In this document: positions 20,458-33,647 of the stretch, piece after piece
Position numbering within the stretch: position 1 is the first letter of the stretch
Layout: the number at the start of each line of letters is the position of its first letter
NCBI GenBank assembly: GCA_016206785.1
Contig: JACQQV010000005.1
Coordinates: forward strand, 1-59,924
Length of the DNA: 59,924 nucleotides
Reading direction: 5' to 3'
From: Candidatus Omnitrophota bacterium
Lineage (GTDB): Bacteria > Omnitrophota > Gorgyraeia > JACQQV01
The notes under the pieces: generated by a model
Seen by the model: the letters and a program-made list of their open reading frames with translations, nothing else
Databases searched by the model: none
What the model was told of the DNA's origin: nothing
Made by a program: the position numbers and the translations under genes

Positions 20458-21180
20458 TTATTTTCGGCTGATGGCCTCCGTGGCACCGAATCTCCGTTCC
20501 CGACTTTGAAACTCCTGAATCGCCTTTTCAAGATCGCTTCTGTCAAAATCGGGCCAGAGTTTCTTCGTGACCACGATCTCACTGTAAGAAATCTGCCAGA
20601 GGAGAAAATTGGAGATCCGCATTTCCCCACTCGTCCGAATCAGAAGGTCGGGATCCGGTATCCCGTCCGTATAGAGAAATTTTGAGAAGGATTCTTCATT
20701 AATGGCGTCGACCGACATCTTCGCTTCTTTCACATTTTGAACAATTTTTTTCGTCGCATCGATAATTTCGGAACGCCCTCCATAATTCAGGGCGAGGTTA
20801 AGCACGAGACCCGTATTTTGAGAGGTGGCCTGAATGGTCTTCCAGAGACGCTCCCGAACAAAATCGGGGAGTTCCTCCAGGCGACCGATCGCCATAAAGC
20901 GGATGTTGTGTTCATTCATCTCATCGATCTCTTTTTCGAGGAATTCGCTTAAGAGCCGCATGAGGAGGCCGATCTCCTTTTTAGGCCGTTTCCAGTTCTC
21001 GACGCTGAAGGCGTAGAGGGTTAAGACCGGAATCTTCATTGCGACGCACGCCTCCACCACCCGTCGGACAGACTTGATCCCCGCGCGGTGTCCCATCGTC
21101 CGGGGAAGTCCGCGATGTTTTGCCCATCGTCCATTGCCATCCATGATGATGGCGATATGTTTCGGTAAGTTATTCTCCAT
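20458..21180 (-). CDS. uppS: Undecaprenyl diphosphate synthase
   Basis: HIAIIMDGNGRWA, FSVENWKRP, RTSGEMRISNFLLWQ. Start reassigned to ATG 21180. Confidence 0.96.
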   Translation of the reverse strand: MENNLPKHIAIIMDGNGRWAKHRGLPRTMGHRAGIKSVRRVVEACVAMKIPVLTLYAFSVENWKRPKKEIGLLMRLLSEFLEKEIDEMNEHNIRFMAIGRLEELPDFVRERLWKTIQATSQNTGLVLNLALNYGGRSEIIDATKKIVQNVKEAKMSVDAINEESFSKFLYTDGIPDPDLLIRTSGEMRISNFLLWQISYSEIVVTKKLWPDFDRSDLEKAIQEFQSRERRFGATEAISRK

Positions 21181-21191
21181 CGCTTCACCAC

Positions 21192-21223
21192 AAAAACAAA
21201 GGGGGATCGCCTTTCGTCCCCCT
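21192..21223 (-). terminator. Probable terminator after the OmpA-family gene
   Basis: Minus strand GGGGGA...TCCCCC followed by TTTGTTTTT. Confidence 0.5.
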
Positions 21224-21302
21224 CGCTTGTCTAACCTGTCACAAGGTAAATGCCTCAACCGTTACATTGAATTGCCCAACGCCTGTACCAGAGAACCCTT
21301 CG

Positions 21303-21965
21303 TTATTTGACGGTGTCTTTGGAACCCCACGTATACGACTGCTTGGGTCTCTTTGTCTCCTTGGAAAGGATAATGATTTCGACCCTTCGGTTTTTCTGAC
21401 GTCCCTCTTTGGTATCATTGGAAGCAACCGGCCGGGTGTCTGCATAGCCGCTGGATGAAATGAGAGAAGAGGAAATTTCCTGCTTGGTCAGAAAATTCGC
21501 CACACTCCCTGCGCGGGCCTCGGAAAGTTCCTGATTCGATTTCCAACCGGAATACTTGATCGGCTGATTGTCCGTATGTCCCTCCACACTCACCTTCCGG
21601 CCTCCGCTCAACTCTTTGATCGCTCCCGAAATCTTCTTTAAGATCCCTTCCGCTTCTGGCCGGATCTTCGCCTTTCCTGAATCGAAGTAGACTTCCGCCA
21701 AAGAGGTGATGGTGATGCCGCGATCCCCAACTTCAAGGCCTATTTCTCCTTTTTCAATTTCACTTTTCAATCTTCGATCGAGGTCCCGTTTGATGGATGC
21801 CAGTTGGTCGAGTTCGCGGTTTAATCTTGAAACCTCGCTCTCCAGCTCACCGATTTTCCGGACATCCTTCGGGCTTCTTTTATGAAAAACAAAAGAACAT
21901 CCTGTCACAAAAAATGTTGTTGCAATGACCGTTACGCCAATGACAAGCCCCGACCTCCGGATCAT
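21303..21965 (-). CDS. OmpA/MotB-family lipoprotein with coiled coil
   Basis: Lipobox VTGC; FDSGKA, VEGHTD, NQELSEARA, NRRVEI. Confidence 0.88.
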   Translation of the reverse strand: MIRRSGLVIGVTVIATTFFVTGCSFVFHKRSPKDVRKIGELESEVSRLNRELDQLASIKRDLDRRLKSEIEKGEIGLEVGDRGITITSLAEVYFDSGKAKIRPEAEGILKKISGAIKELSGGRKVSVEGHTDNQPIKYSGWKSNQELSEARAGSVANFLTKQEISSSLISSSGYADTRPVASNDTKEGRQKNRRVEIIILSKETKRPKQSYTWGSKDTVK

Positions 21966-22008
21966 CCCAACCTCCTTTTTTTTATAACAAGTTATCTAAT
22001 ATTCACTC

Positions 22009-22037
22009 ATCTTAACATTTGAAGAAAAAGAAGTCAA
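22009..22037 (-). promoter_or_regulatory. Sigma70-type promoter for the OmpA-family gene
   Basis: TTGACT (22037-22032), 17-bp spacer, TGt-TAAGAT. Confidence 0.65.
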
Positions 22038-22115
22038 GCGGTTTTTCCTGTCAAGAGGGTAATAGAAAGAACCGTAATTCCTTGTGAAAAAATGAGTTGG
22101 ATGCGATTTCGCTTT

Positions 22116-24218
22116 CTATTTAAAGAAGGAGTGATGCATGATGAAGCTGGCAAAGACGATCGAGACAATCGACATCAGTTTAATGAGGATATTGAGAGAT
22201 GGACCCGCGGTGTCTTTCAAAGGATCTCCTACAGTATCTCCCACAACAGCCGCCTTGTGCGCTGGGGACCCTTTCCCTCCAAACTCTCCTCCTTCGATAT
22301 ATTTTTTGGCATTGTCCCAGGCGCCGCCGCAGTTGGCCATCATAATCGCCAAGATAAATCCGGAAACGGTGGCACCTGCCAAAAATCCAACTTCACTGGA
22401 GAGACCCATAAAGAGCCCCATGGCCAGAGGGACGAGGATGGCCAGAAGCGACGGCAAGATCATCTCCTTGAGGGCTGCGCGCGTTGAGATATCGACGCAT
22501 CGCGCATAGTCCGGCTTACCTGTCCCTTCCATAATGCCTTTGATCTCTTTAAACTGGCGGCGCACTTCGACGACAATGCCGCCGGCCGCGCGCCCGACGG
22601 CCTTCATGCAGAGGCTGCAGAAAAGAAAGGGGAGCATCCCCCCAACAAACAGCCCGATGAGAACGGGCGGATTCAAGAGAGATAGACTCAGCCGGCCTCC
22701 CAAGAATTCAATTTGATCCGTATACGCCGCGATAAGGGCGAGCGCCGTCAGCGCCGCTGAACCGATGGCAAATCCCTTCCCAGTCGCAGCCGTTGTGTTG
22801 CCGAGTGCATCGAGGGCATCCGTTCTCTCGCGAACGACGGGGGGCTGATGAGACATTTGGGCGTTTCCGCCGGCATTATCCGCCACAGGGCCGTAGGCGT
22901 CTGTGGCCAGTGTGATGCCCAACGTCGAAAGCATTCCGACCGCGGCGATGGAAACCCCGTACAATCCCAGACTAAAACTGTGCGCTCCCCCCGAAAGATA
23001 AAAACTTGCCAGCACCGTAGCACCCACAACGAGAACGGGGGCAACAGTCGAAAGCATTCCGACGGAAAGACCTTCAATAATCAACGTGGCATGCCCGGTC
23101 AAAGCCATCTTCGCGATATGCCGGGCCGGCGGATAGCTGTTGGAGGTGAAAAATTCCGAAGCGAGTCCGATGAGGATCCCCGCCACGAGTCCCGACAGGA
23201 TCGCCCAATAGATACCGAGATAAGCCGTTCCCAATTGAAATTTGATAATCAAGAAAGAGACGACCGCAATGAGAAAACCGCTCACAAACACCCCGCGGCG
23301 AAGGGCCGCAAGGAGCGCGGCCTGTTCCAATTTCTCGCCCGTTCTTACAAAAAAAGTCCCGATGACAGAAGCGAGCACTCCGACAGCCGCAATGACCATG
23401 GGAAGGATGATCCCTTGCATCGTCAATCCCAATTTGCCAAAGGCCGCGACCCCGAGCGCCATGGTGGCCACAATAGAGCCGACGTAGGACTCATAAAGAT
23501 CGGCCCCCATCCCGGCCACATCTCCTACGTTGTCCCCCACATTGTCTGCAATGACCGCAGGATTCCGAGGATCATCCTCCGGAATCCCCGCTTCCACTTT
23601 ACCAACGAGATCTGCTCCGACATCCGCCGCTTTGGTGAAGATCCCACCGCCTACCCTTGCAAAAAGGGCAAGGGAGGAGGCGCCCATGCCGGAGGTCAGA
23701 AGGGTACTTGTAATATTCCGGATTCTTTCTGTTTCTTCGAGGTGACGGTAGTACCATTCCAGCACACAGTACCAAAGGCTCACCTGCAAAATACCAAGAC
23801 CCACTACCGTAAATCCCATCACCGCACCGCTCGAGAAAGCGACGCGAAGTCCTTCGTTCAAACTCGACTTGGCCGCCGCTGTGGTCCGATGACTGGCACG
23901 GGTGGCGATGGAAAGCCCGATAAACCCTGCGAGCCAAGAGAAAAATCCGCCGCTTAAGAAACCGAGGGGAACAAAATAGGTGAAGTAACCGCTCTGGACC
24001 AGGGCAAGCAAAATGACAAAGACGACCAGAAAAAACAGAGAAACCGCCATCGATTGTCGCCGGATATAGGCCTGGGCCCCCTCCCGGACCCATCCTGAAA
24101 TCTCCTGCATGTCTTTCGTTCCTTCATCACGCTTGAGAACCGAACAAGCCAAATAGGCCGCAAAGCAAAGTACAAAAATGCCGCTTGCAGGAACTCCCAT
24201 GAATAAATTTAATCCCAT
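22116..24218 (-). CDS. hppA: Membrane-integral pyrophosphatase, K+-dependent, probably Na+-translocating
   Basis: GGGIFTKAADVGADLVGKVE, DNVGDNVGD, GADLYES, GNTTAA, DTVGDPLKDT. Confidence 0.95.
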   Translation of the reverse strand: MGLNLFMGVPASGIFVLCFAAYLACSVLKRDEGTKDMQEISGWVREGAQAYIRRQSMAVSLFFLVVFVILLALVQSGYFTYFVPLGFLSGGFFSWLAGFIGLSIATRASHRTTAAAKSSLNEGLRVAFSSGAVMGFTVVGLGILQVSLWYCVLEWYYRHLEETERIRNITSTLLTSGMGASSLALFARVGGGIFTKAADVGADLVGKVEAGIPEDDPRNPAVIADNVGDNVGDVAGMGADLYESYVGSIVATMALGVAAFGKLGLTMQGIILPMVIAAVGVLASVIGTFFVRTGEKLEQAALLAALRRGVFVSGFLIAVVSFLIIKFQLGTAYLGIYWAILSGLVAGILIGLASEFFTSNSYPPARHIAKMALTGHATLIIEGLSVGMLSTVAPVLVVGATVLASFYLSGGAHSFSLGLYGVSIAAVGMLSTLGITLATDAYGPVADNAGGNAQMSHQPPVVRERTDALDALGNTTAATGKGFAIGSAALTALALIAAYTDQIEFLGGRLSLSLLNPPVLIGLFVGGMLPFLFCSLCMKAVGRAAGGIVVEVRRQFKEIKGIMEGTGKPDYARCVDISTRAALKEMILPSLLAILVPLAMGLFMGLSSEVGFLAGATVSGFILAIMMANCGGAWDNAKKYIEGGEFGGKGSPAHKAAVVGDTVGDPLKDTAGPSLNILIKLMSIVSIVFASFIMHHSFFK

Positions 24219-24250
24219 GATGTTTCTTTCCTCCTTAAGTCGCTCAACTG

Positions 24251-27084
<2,834 letters not shown>

Positions 27085-27104
<20 letters not shown>

Positions 27105-28173
27105 ACGCAATTTCCTTTTCGAGAACGCTTAGGCAAAGGTCGATTTCTTTCTTTTGGATATAGCCCATATGGGCGATGCGGAAGATCTTTCCCGCAAGCT
27201 CTCCCTGTCCTTCCGCCACCCATATGCCATATTTCTCGCGGAGGGTTCGGACCAGTTGCTTCCCGTCGATCCCCTGAGGCACCAAAACCGCGGTCAAGGC
27301 ATTGGAGGGGGCCTTGGCAAAAAGGGAAAGCCCCAACCGCGTCACCGATTTCCGAGTCGATTCAGCCAGTTGGGCGCATTCTTTCCAGATCTTTTCCATC
27401 CCCTTTTTGTGAATGCGTTTGAGAGTTTCGCGAAGCGCAACGACCAGAGGGATAGCAGGGGTAAAAGGAGAATCAAATTTCTGCCACGCCTTTTTCGCCT
27501 TTAAAAGATCGAAATAAAATTTAGGGAGACGCGCGCCCTTCGCCATTTCCCAGGCCTTGGCGTTCACACTGATAAAACTTAAGCCCGGAGGAAGCATGAG
27601 GGCCTTCTGGGATCCGGAGACAACGATATCGACTCCCCATGAGTCTGTAAGAAGTGGATCCGCCGCAAGACCGCTGATCGCATCGACGACGAGGATCGCC
27701 CCGTGGTCGTGGGAGACCTGCGTCAACCGCTGAATGTCATGGCAGACCCCTGTCGAAGTTTCGCAAAGCGTGGCGTAGACCGCCTTCACATCCTTTGACT
27801 GTTTCAAGACTCCTGAGAGCGCTTCCGGAGGACACGCCTCCCCCCACGTGACCGGAAGAAGAATCGTGTTCAGGCCATAGGCGCTGCAGATCTCCCCGAA
27901 GCGTTCCCCAAATTTTCCGCTGACGATCACCACCACCTTATCCTCGGGAGAGAGGAAATTGACAATGGAGGCTTCCATGGCGCCTGTCCCGCTGGAGGTA
28001 AAAATAAAAAGATCGTTACGGGTCTGAAAAACTTCCTTCAAAGCCTCCACGACTTCTTTAAAGATTTCCTGATAGACCGTCGTGCGATGGTGAATGATCG
28101 GCCGAGCCAGGGCTTCTCGCACCTCTGCGGGAAGCGGTGTGGGTCCCGGAGTAAGGAGTATTTGTCTTTTCAT
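27085..28173 (-). CDS. Class V PLP aminotransferase (alanine-glyoxylate/phosphoserine-type)
   Basis: LLTPGPT, SSGTGAME, VDAIS, GSQKALMLPPG; adjacent to serA. Start reassigned to ATG 28173. Confidence 0.9.
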
Positions 28174-28184
28174 CCTAAGTCGTC

Positions 28185-28778
28185 CTATTTTTTCTTTTTT
28201 CCGACGATGACTTCGTCCACGATCCCGTATTCCTTCGCTTCCTCGGCCGACATAAAGTAATCGCGGTCCGTATCTTTCTCCACCTTCTCGAGGGACTGTC
28301 CGGTATGATGGGAAAGGATCTGGTTCAATTTCTCGCGAAGACGTAAAATCTCCTTGGCCTGGATGCTGATATCCGTAGCAGCTCCCTGGACCCCGCCCCA
28401 CGGCTGGTGAATCATGATGCGGGCATGCGGGAGGGCAAACCGTTTTCCCTTTGTTCCCGCAGAAAGAAGAAGCGCCCCCATGCTGGTCGCCTGCCCAATG
28501 CAATAGGTCGCCACGTCGGGTTTCACAAACTGCATGGTGTCGTAAATGGCAAGACCCGACGTCACAGCACCTCCCGGCGAATTGACGTAGATATTGATGT
28601 CTTTGTCGGGATCCTCCATCTGTAAGAAAAGCATCTGGGCGATCACGAGATTCGCAATGGTATCTTCCACGACGGTACCAATGAAGACGATTCTGTCCTT
28701 TAAAAGCCTCGAGTAAATGTCATAAGCCCTTTCTCCCCGACCCGTCTGTTCCACCACCATCGGAACCAATGTGGTCAT
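28185..28778 (-). CDS. clpP: ATP-dependent Clp protease proteolytic subunit
   Basis: [24 protein letters not shown]. Start could be upstream, up to 28826. Confidence 0.96.
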   Translation of the reverse strand: MTTLVPMVVEQTGRGERAYDIYSRLLKDRIVFIGTVVEDTIANLVIAQMLFLQMEDPDKDINIYVNSPGGAVTSGLAIYDTMQFVKPDVATYCIGQATSMGALLLSAGTKGKRFALPHARIMIHQPWGGVQGAATDISIQAKEILRLREKLNQILSHHTGQSLEKVEKDTDRDYFMSAEEAKEYGIVDEVIVGKKKK

Positions 28779-28822
28779 CTCTTCTTCCTCCATCTCTTCT
28801 TCGTCGTTGTTACGCCACGGCA

Positions 28823-29749
28823 TCATTCAAGCTCCGTTTTAAACGTCATCTCCATGTTCGAAACGGTCTGAATCGTTTGAGGGGCTGTCCCTTCTGCCGG
28901 CGGCAGGGTGAGGGATTGTGTCGAATGGGCGAGGGTACTCCCCTCCGTCTTCACCACCACCCCCTCCGACACATCGAAATACTGAATGACTTCTCCCTGA
29001 CCCTCCATCTTGACGGATACATCAATCGTCTCCCCTTCTGCCAATCCGCCGGGAGGGGTAAAGGCGCCCTCGGGAAGCGAGAGGCTTAAGGTACTTTTGA
29101 TCTTGGCGCATTTCCGTTGTCCGACCATTTCAAAGGATTCAAGTTTATTTTGAAAACTCGCTTTGACCCGCTGAGCAATCCCTGCGATCGGCAACTGAAG
29201 TTCCCTCGTCCAACTGTCTCCCACCTGGACGGGATGGTCAGGGAAAATTCCTTCCATCTGTCCAAAAATCTGTTTGAAAGAAGGATCCATCTGACCGGCG
29301 ACCGGCTCACCCTCTACCTCTAACATCTTTCCATCTCGGGTCAGCCGAACCGACATGGTTTTCCCAATGAGGTCCTTAAAGGGAGAATCTTGTGTCGCTC
29401 CCGCTGTACCGCTTTCTTCTCCTTCCTGACCGGTTCCCTGCGAAAACTCAAGGGTATCGTATCGCACATCCATCCGGGCAGAACCATCTTCCCCCACTTC
29501 CTTCACTTCCATGGTAATCCGGGAGCTCACCTTTGATGAAAAACTCTGGGGAACTTCCCCCTCCAGATTTCCTCTCATGGAGACCTCATGACGGTAATGG
29601 AGAACCTGACCCGGCGTGTAATGGTACTCAAGGATTACCGGCGCTTCTTCCGCATAAAGGAAACTCGAGAGACCTAAGACACAAGACAAAACCATGCCTG
29701 CCGGCAGGCAGGGACAAAAGACCCTCAAGGAAAAACGCTTCACTCTCAC
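28823..29749 (-). CDS. Hypothetical secreted beta-rich protein (DUF6263-like)
   Basis: Signal peptide; [12 protein letters not shown] motif; coupled to tig and clpP by overlaps. Confidence 0.65.
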   Translation of the reverse strand: MRVKRFSLRVFCPCLPAGMVLSCVLGLSSFLYAEEAPVILEYHYTPGQVLHYRHEVSMRGNLEGEVPQSFSSKVSSRITMEVKEVGEDGSARMDVRYDTLEFSQGTGQEGEESGTAGATQDSPFKDLIGKTMSVRLTRDGKMLEVEGEPVAGQMDPSFKQIFGQMEGIFPDHPVQVGDSWTRELQLPIAGIAQRVKASFQNKLESFEMVGQRKCAKIKSTLSLSLPEGAFTPPGGLAEGETIDVSVKMEGQGEVIQYFDVSEGVVVKTEGSTLAHSTQSLTLPPAEGTAPQTIQTVSNMEMTFKTELE

Positions 29750-31008
29750 GCGACCTCCTGAATATGGGCGAACTCCACCACCCTTGAAAGGGCTTTTTCT
29801 AAAAGGAGATCGCCCGCCATCCTCCGCCTAAGCGATTCATTGGAAAGGTCCTTCGCCTTTGCCTCGTCGTTTTTCTGTAACTGCGTTCCGAGGGTCTTGA
29901 TGCCCTCATCGATTTCCTCTGCATGCACCTCAATCTTTTCGAGCTCCGCAATTTTCTCGAGGATGAGCGAATTCTTCACGTGGGCCTTTGCTTCTTCGAG
30001 AAGACGTCCTTTGTCCTGGGCGATTTTTGTTTCGATCTCCCGGTCCTTAAGGCCCAGGAGTTTAAAATGGAAGCGTTCCTCATCGGAAAGCCGGCGTGCC
30101 TCCTCTTCCACGAGAAGTCGTGGGAGCTCAAAGGAACACTCCTTCTGAAGCTGGGTCAGGAGTTCCCTTTCCAATTGCTTCCGAGCCTTTTGTTCCTTCT
30201 CACGCTGAATGTCTTTGGAAAGGGTTTCTTCCAGTTCCTTCAGCGTTCCAAACCGGCCAACCATCTTCGCAAAATCGTCATTGAGTTCCGGAAGGGTTTT
30301 CTGTTTTACCTCGTTGATGGTGATGCGATAGCGGGCCTTCTGCATAACACCGCCGGGACTCTCCAGGGTCACTTCCACCTCCCGTACCTCTCCGATCTTC
30401 GCCCCCCAGAGCGCTTTTGCCACCTCGGGATGTCTTTGGGCTTTTAAGGAGGCGGAGAGAAGGACATTTTTCCGACTCTCCGTCGGTTTCCCATCCATCG
30501 CCCCTTCGAAATCGCACACCGCAAAATCGTCCTCTTCCACAACACCCTCCTTGGGCGCCAGTTCTGCCCATTCCTCCCGGAGTCTCTGGAGGCTCTCCTG
30601 GATCTCCTCGGGGGTGACGGTGGCTCTCTTTCGGGACGCCTTAAGCCCCTTGTATTTTCGGAGAGGAACGGACGGTTTCGTTTCGATCTTCGCCTTGAAG
30701 GAGAATTGGCTTTTCTCAAAGAGGACGTCGGTAATTTCGGGAAGACCCAGCACTTCAAGACGAGACTCTTGAAGGACTTTTTCATAAAGATCGGGGATAA
30801 AGCGTCTTAAAAGTTCTTTACGGACGGATTCGCTATAATGCTTTTCCACCAGATCCCGCGGTGCCTTTCCGATGCGGAAACCGGGCACATGGGCCACCCG
30901 CTGAATGTCCCCGAAGACTCCTTCGAGGGCCTCTTGGACCTCCTTCGGCTCGGCCTTGATTTCGAGAAGCCGTGCGCATCCTTCAAGAGCCTTGACCTGA
31001 TATTTCAT
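29746..31008 (-). CDS. tig: Trigger factor
   Basis: VPGFRIGKAP, FKBP-like domain, LPELNDDFAK. Confidence 0.94.
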   Translation of the reverse strand: MKYQVKALEGCARLLEIKAEPKEVQEALEGVFGDIQRVAHVPGFRIGKAPRDLVEKHYSESVRKELLRRFIPDLYEKVLQESRLEVLGLPEITDVLFEKSQFSFKAKIETKPSVPLRKYKGLKASRKRATVTPEEIQESLQRLREEWAELAPKEGVVEEDDFAVCDFEGAMDGKPTESRKNVLLSASLKAQRHPEVAKALWGAKIGEVREVEVTLESPGGVMQKARYRITINEVKQKTLPELNDDFAKMVGRFGTLKELEETLSKDIQREKEQKARKQLERELLTQLQKECSFELPRLLVEEEARRLSDEERFHFKLLGLKDREIETKIAQDKGRLLEEAKAHVKNSLILEKIAELEKIEVHAEEIDEGIKTLGTQLQKNDEAKAKDLSNESLRRRMAGDLLLEKALSRVVEFAHIQEVA

Positions 31009-31035
31009 AAACTTTTTTATCCTATCATAAAACCG

Positions 31036-31758
31036 TTACATTGTAAATTTCTCGCCAAGGTAAATTTTCCGCGCCTCCGAACTCCTTAACAACTCCTCCG
31101 CGGTTCCAGAAATCAGGATCCGACCGTCCGCCATGAGGTACGAACGGTCGGTGACGGAGAGGGTTTCCCGGACATTGTGGTCTGTGAGAAGTATCCCGAG
31201 GCCTTTTCGTTTCAGTTCATGAATAATCTGCTGGCATTCGGAGACGGCAATCGGATCGACCCCGCTGAAGGGCTCATCCAGAAGAAGGAAAAGAGGATTG
31301 GTGACAAGGGCACGGGTGATTTCAAGCCGCCTCCGTTCCCCGCCGGAAAGCATGTACGCCTTCTGCTTGGCAAGAGGCGTGATATGAAGTTCGGAAAGAA
31401 GTTCACCGAGTCGTCTCTCCCTTGTCTTGGGAGGGATGTGGAGGGTTTCAAGGACCGCCATGATATTCTCCGCTACGGTGAGCCTTTGAAAAATAGACGG
31501 TTCCTGCGAGAGGTATCCGATGCCACACCGGGCCCGACGGTACATCGGTAAAGAGGTGATGTCCTGTTGGTCAAAGATGATCTCTCCGCTGTTCGGCAAC
31601 ACAAGCCCCATGATCATATAAAAGGTGGTCGTTTTCCCTGCCCCGTTCGGTCCCAAAAGGCCGACAATCTCTCCGCGCTTGACCGTAATGGCCACATCCC
31701 TCACCACCGGCCGGCCGTTATACGATTTAACGAGGTGCCTGGTCTCTAATAAATGCAC
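31036..31758 (-). CDS. lptB: LPS export ABC ATPase
   Basis: GPNGAGKTT, LSGGERRRLEI, DEPFSGVDP, TDHNVRETL. Confidence 0.97.
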   Translation of the reverse strand: MHLLETRHLVKSYNGRPVVRDVAITVKRGEIVGLLGPNGAGKTTTFYMIMGLVLPNSGEIIFDQQDITSLPMYRRARCGIGYLSQEPSIFQRLTVAENIMAVLETLHIPPKTRERRLGELLSELHITPLAKQKAYMLSGGERRRLEITRALVTNPLFLLLDEPFSGVDPIAVSECQQIIHELKRKGLGILLTDHNVRETLSVTDRSYLMADGRILISGTAEELLRSSEARKIYLGEKFTM

Positions 31759-32620
31759 GTTTTTCTTTTTCCTCCGGCTTGATCAAAAGTTTTGGTTTGC
31801 CGACAAGGGTCACTTTCCCGAGCAGGGCATTATAGATCGCCTTGTCGCTATAGGAGACATTGTCTCCCCGTGTGATCCGGACATTCCCGGTTGCGATGAG
31901 TTCTTTCACATGATTCGTTTCCGGCTCAAAGGTGATATCCATCCGATCCGCCAGAAGTTCCCCTTCTTTGTCGATCGCTCTGACTTCGTCGTGGAAGACA
32001 GCGATATTGTGGGTATAATCGAGTTCCATCGGGCCTCTGGAGGTAATTTGAATGTCGGGCGCCATATGGACCTTGACCTCTTCCTTGAGGGCCACCTTTT
32101 TCAGATCGGGATAAGCCTCTGCGCCTTTTCCTTCCGTCATTAGAGTTCCTCTTTCGATCGTGAGCCTGTCTTCCGTCGAAAGTTTTTTCGAAGACCCGTT
32201 CCAATCGAGCGAATCCGTTTTGAGAGTGGCCCCATCGCTCGTCTGTGCAAACACATTCTCTTCAAGGTGCGCCTGTGCCGTGTGGCGGTCATAGGTGCCC
32301 CGTTCGGAGGTCACCGTCATCGTCGTCTTCCCTTCCATGGCAAGTTTCGGCTTTTCAAGTCTGGCAAGATCCCCTTCCAATGAAGCCTTCGTCCCCTGAA
32401 CCTCCCACTCCCGTTTTCCCTCCCTGGAGTATCCTGTAAATGAAAAGGTGTGGACCTCTTGTTCTGGAATGGTTTCCTCCGCAAAAGCCATCTGTCGAGT
32501 CGACAATGACAAATGACAAAGCACAAAATTCAAAATAAATCCAAAGCACAAATACCAAATGACAAAACCCCGTTTTGGAATTTGAATTTTGAATTTATTT
32601 TGTGCTTTGAATTTTGTCAT
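31727..32620 (-). CDS. lptC: LptC/LptA-like two-domain LPS transport protein
   Basis: N-terminal hydrophobic anchor; LptC-like LKTDSLDW and LptA-like ATGNVRI..SDKAIY; directly upstream of lptB. Confidence 0.8.
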   Translation of the reverse strand: MTKFKAQNKFKIQIPKRGFVIWYLCFGFILNFVLCHLSLSTRQMAFAEETIPEQEVHTFSFTGYSREGKREWEVQGTKASLEGDLARLEKPKLAMEGKTTMTVTSERGTYDRHTAQAHLEENVFAQTSDGATLKTDSLDWNGSSKKLSTEDRLTIERGTLMTEGKGAEAYPDLKKVALKEEVKVHMAPDIQITSRGPMELDYTHNIAVFHDEVRAIDKEGELLADRMDITFEPETNHVKELIATGNVRITRGDNVSYSDKAIYNALLGKVTLVGKPKLLIKPEEKEKRAFIRDQAPR

Positions 32621-32627
32621 TTGTCAT
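32503..32627. repeat. 7-bp-periodic imperfect palindrome (CAA/TTG type), copy 2, overlapping the lpxL end and lptC start
   Basis: CAA at 32510,17,24,31,42,49,56,63; TTG at 32575,82,89,600,607,614,621. Confidence 0.9.
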
Positions 32628-33524
32628 TACCTTCTCGGGCCTCGTCTTCCACCGACGATGCATCCAGACCCATTGATCTGGAAACCGACGGATATACGAT
32701 TCTGTGACGGACATCCACCGTTCTGTAAGGCGATTCACCGCCTCTTCTTTATCCGATCCATTGGCCGGCCAGAGGGGTTCTTCGACGACGAGCCGATGCC
32801 TTCCATTTCCTTCCCGGATCATGAAACAAGGAATAACAGGTGCCCCTGAGGCAATGGCAAAACGGGCAGGGGCAACCGGGGTGTACGCCTCCTTCCCAAA
32901 AAAAGGAACAAAAATACCGTCGACAGAGTCAATATCCTGATCGGCGAGAATCCCGAGGAATTGATTTTGGTGAAGAATCCGAAGCATCTGTTTCGGAGAC
33001 TCATCGCGGTAAAGGTACTTCAGCCCTTCGCTTTGACGGATTTCGCTCAAGAGACGGTCAAACCGTTCATCGTAGACCTTCCGGATGACAATGATCCCTT
33101 GATATCCCTTGAGGGATAAGGCTCGGGCGAGAAGCTCCCAGTTCCCAAAATGGGCGACCAAGAGGACGCCCCCTTTCCCGCTTTGAAGGACTGTATCCAG
33201 TTTCGAAAGTCCCTCGAAGGAGACCCATCGGTTTAGCGTCTTTTGAGTGATTTTTGGAAAATAGATAAGTTCCGCAACCGTTTTTCCTAAATTTTGGAAG
33301 ACCGATTCCCCGACTTTAAAAATTTCGTGTGGCGTTTTTTCCTTGCCAAAAGCAAGCGTCAGGTGCTGAACGGTCTTCCGTCTTTCTTTCCCAAGAACCC
33401 AGAAAGCACTCCTCCCCAGGAAAGCACCAAGCGCGATGCCCCACGAAGAGGGCAGTTTCCTCAAGAGAAAGCGGATAAAAAGGGTCAGGCGATAAAGGAT
33501 TTTCCTCCGAAGGCGATTTTTCAT
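32595..33524 (-). CDS. Lipid A late acyltransferase (LpxL/HtrB family)
   Basis: AHFGNWE, ADQD, FFG, PDQWVWMHRRWK. Confidence 0.92.
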   Translation of the reverse strand: MKNRLRRKILYRLTLFIRFLLRKLPSSWGIALGAFLGRSAFWVLGKERRKTVQHLTLAFGKEKTPHEIFKVGESVFQNLGKTVAELIYFPKITQKTLNRWVSFEGLSKLDTVLQSGKGGVLLVAHFGNWELLARALSLKGYQGIIVIRKVYDERFDRLLSEIRQSEGLKYLYRDESPKQMLRILHQNQFLGILADQDIDSVDGIFVPFFGKEAYTPVAPARFAIASGAPVIPCFMIREGNGRHRLVVEEPLWPANGSDKEEAVNRLTERWMSVTESYIRRFPDQWVWMHRRWKTRPEKVMTNDKIQSTK

Positions 33525-33547
33525 GAACAATTATCCCCAAACTTATT

Positions 33548-33577
33548 ATTCTACAATATGTTATGCGGGATTGTCAA
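33548..33577 (-). promoter_or_regulatory. Sigma70-type promoter for the lpxL-lpt-tig genes
   Basis: TTGACA (33577-33572), 18-bp spacer, TAGAAT (33553-33548). Confidence 0.65.
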
Positions 33578-33647
33578 GAAAATTTGGAGGGATTGGGATG
33601 ACTAAGATTGAAAAAGGAAAAAATTGGATAATCGAATGACTTTACTC

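Noticed and set aside
21181-21302. Possible riboswitch upstream of uppS
   Set aside because: Only a terminator-like stem is visible and no known aptamer consensus was recognised. An Rfam search would settle it.
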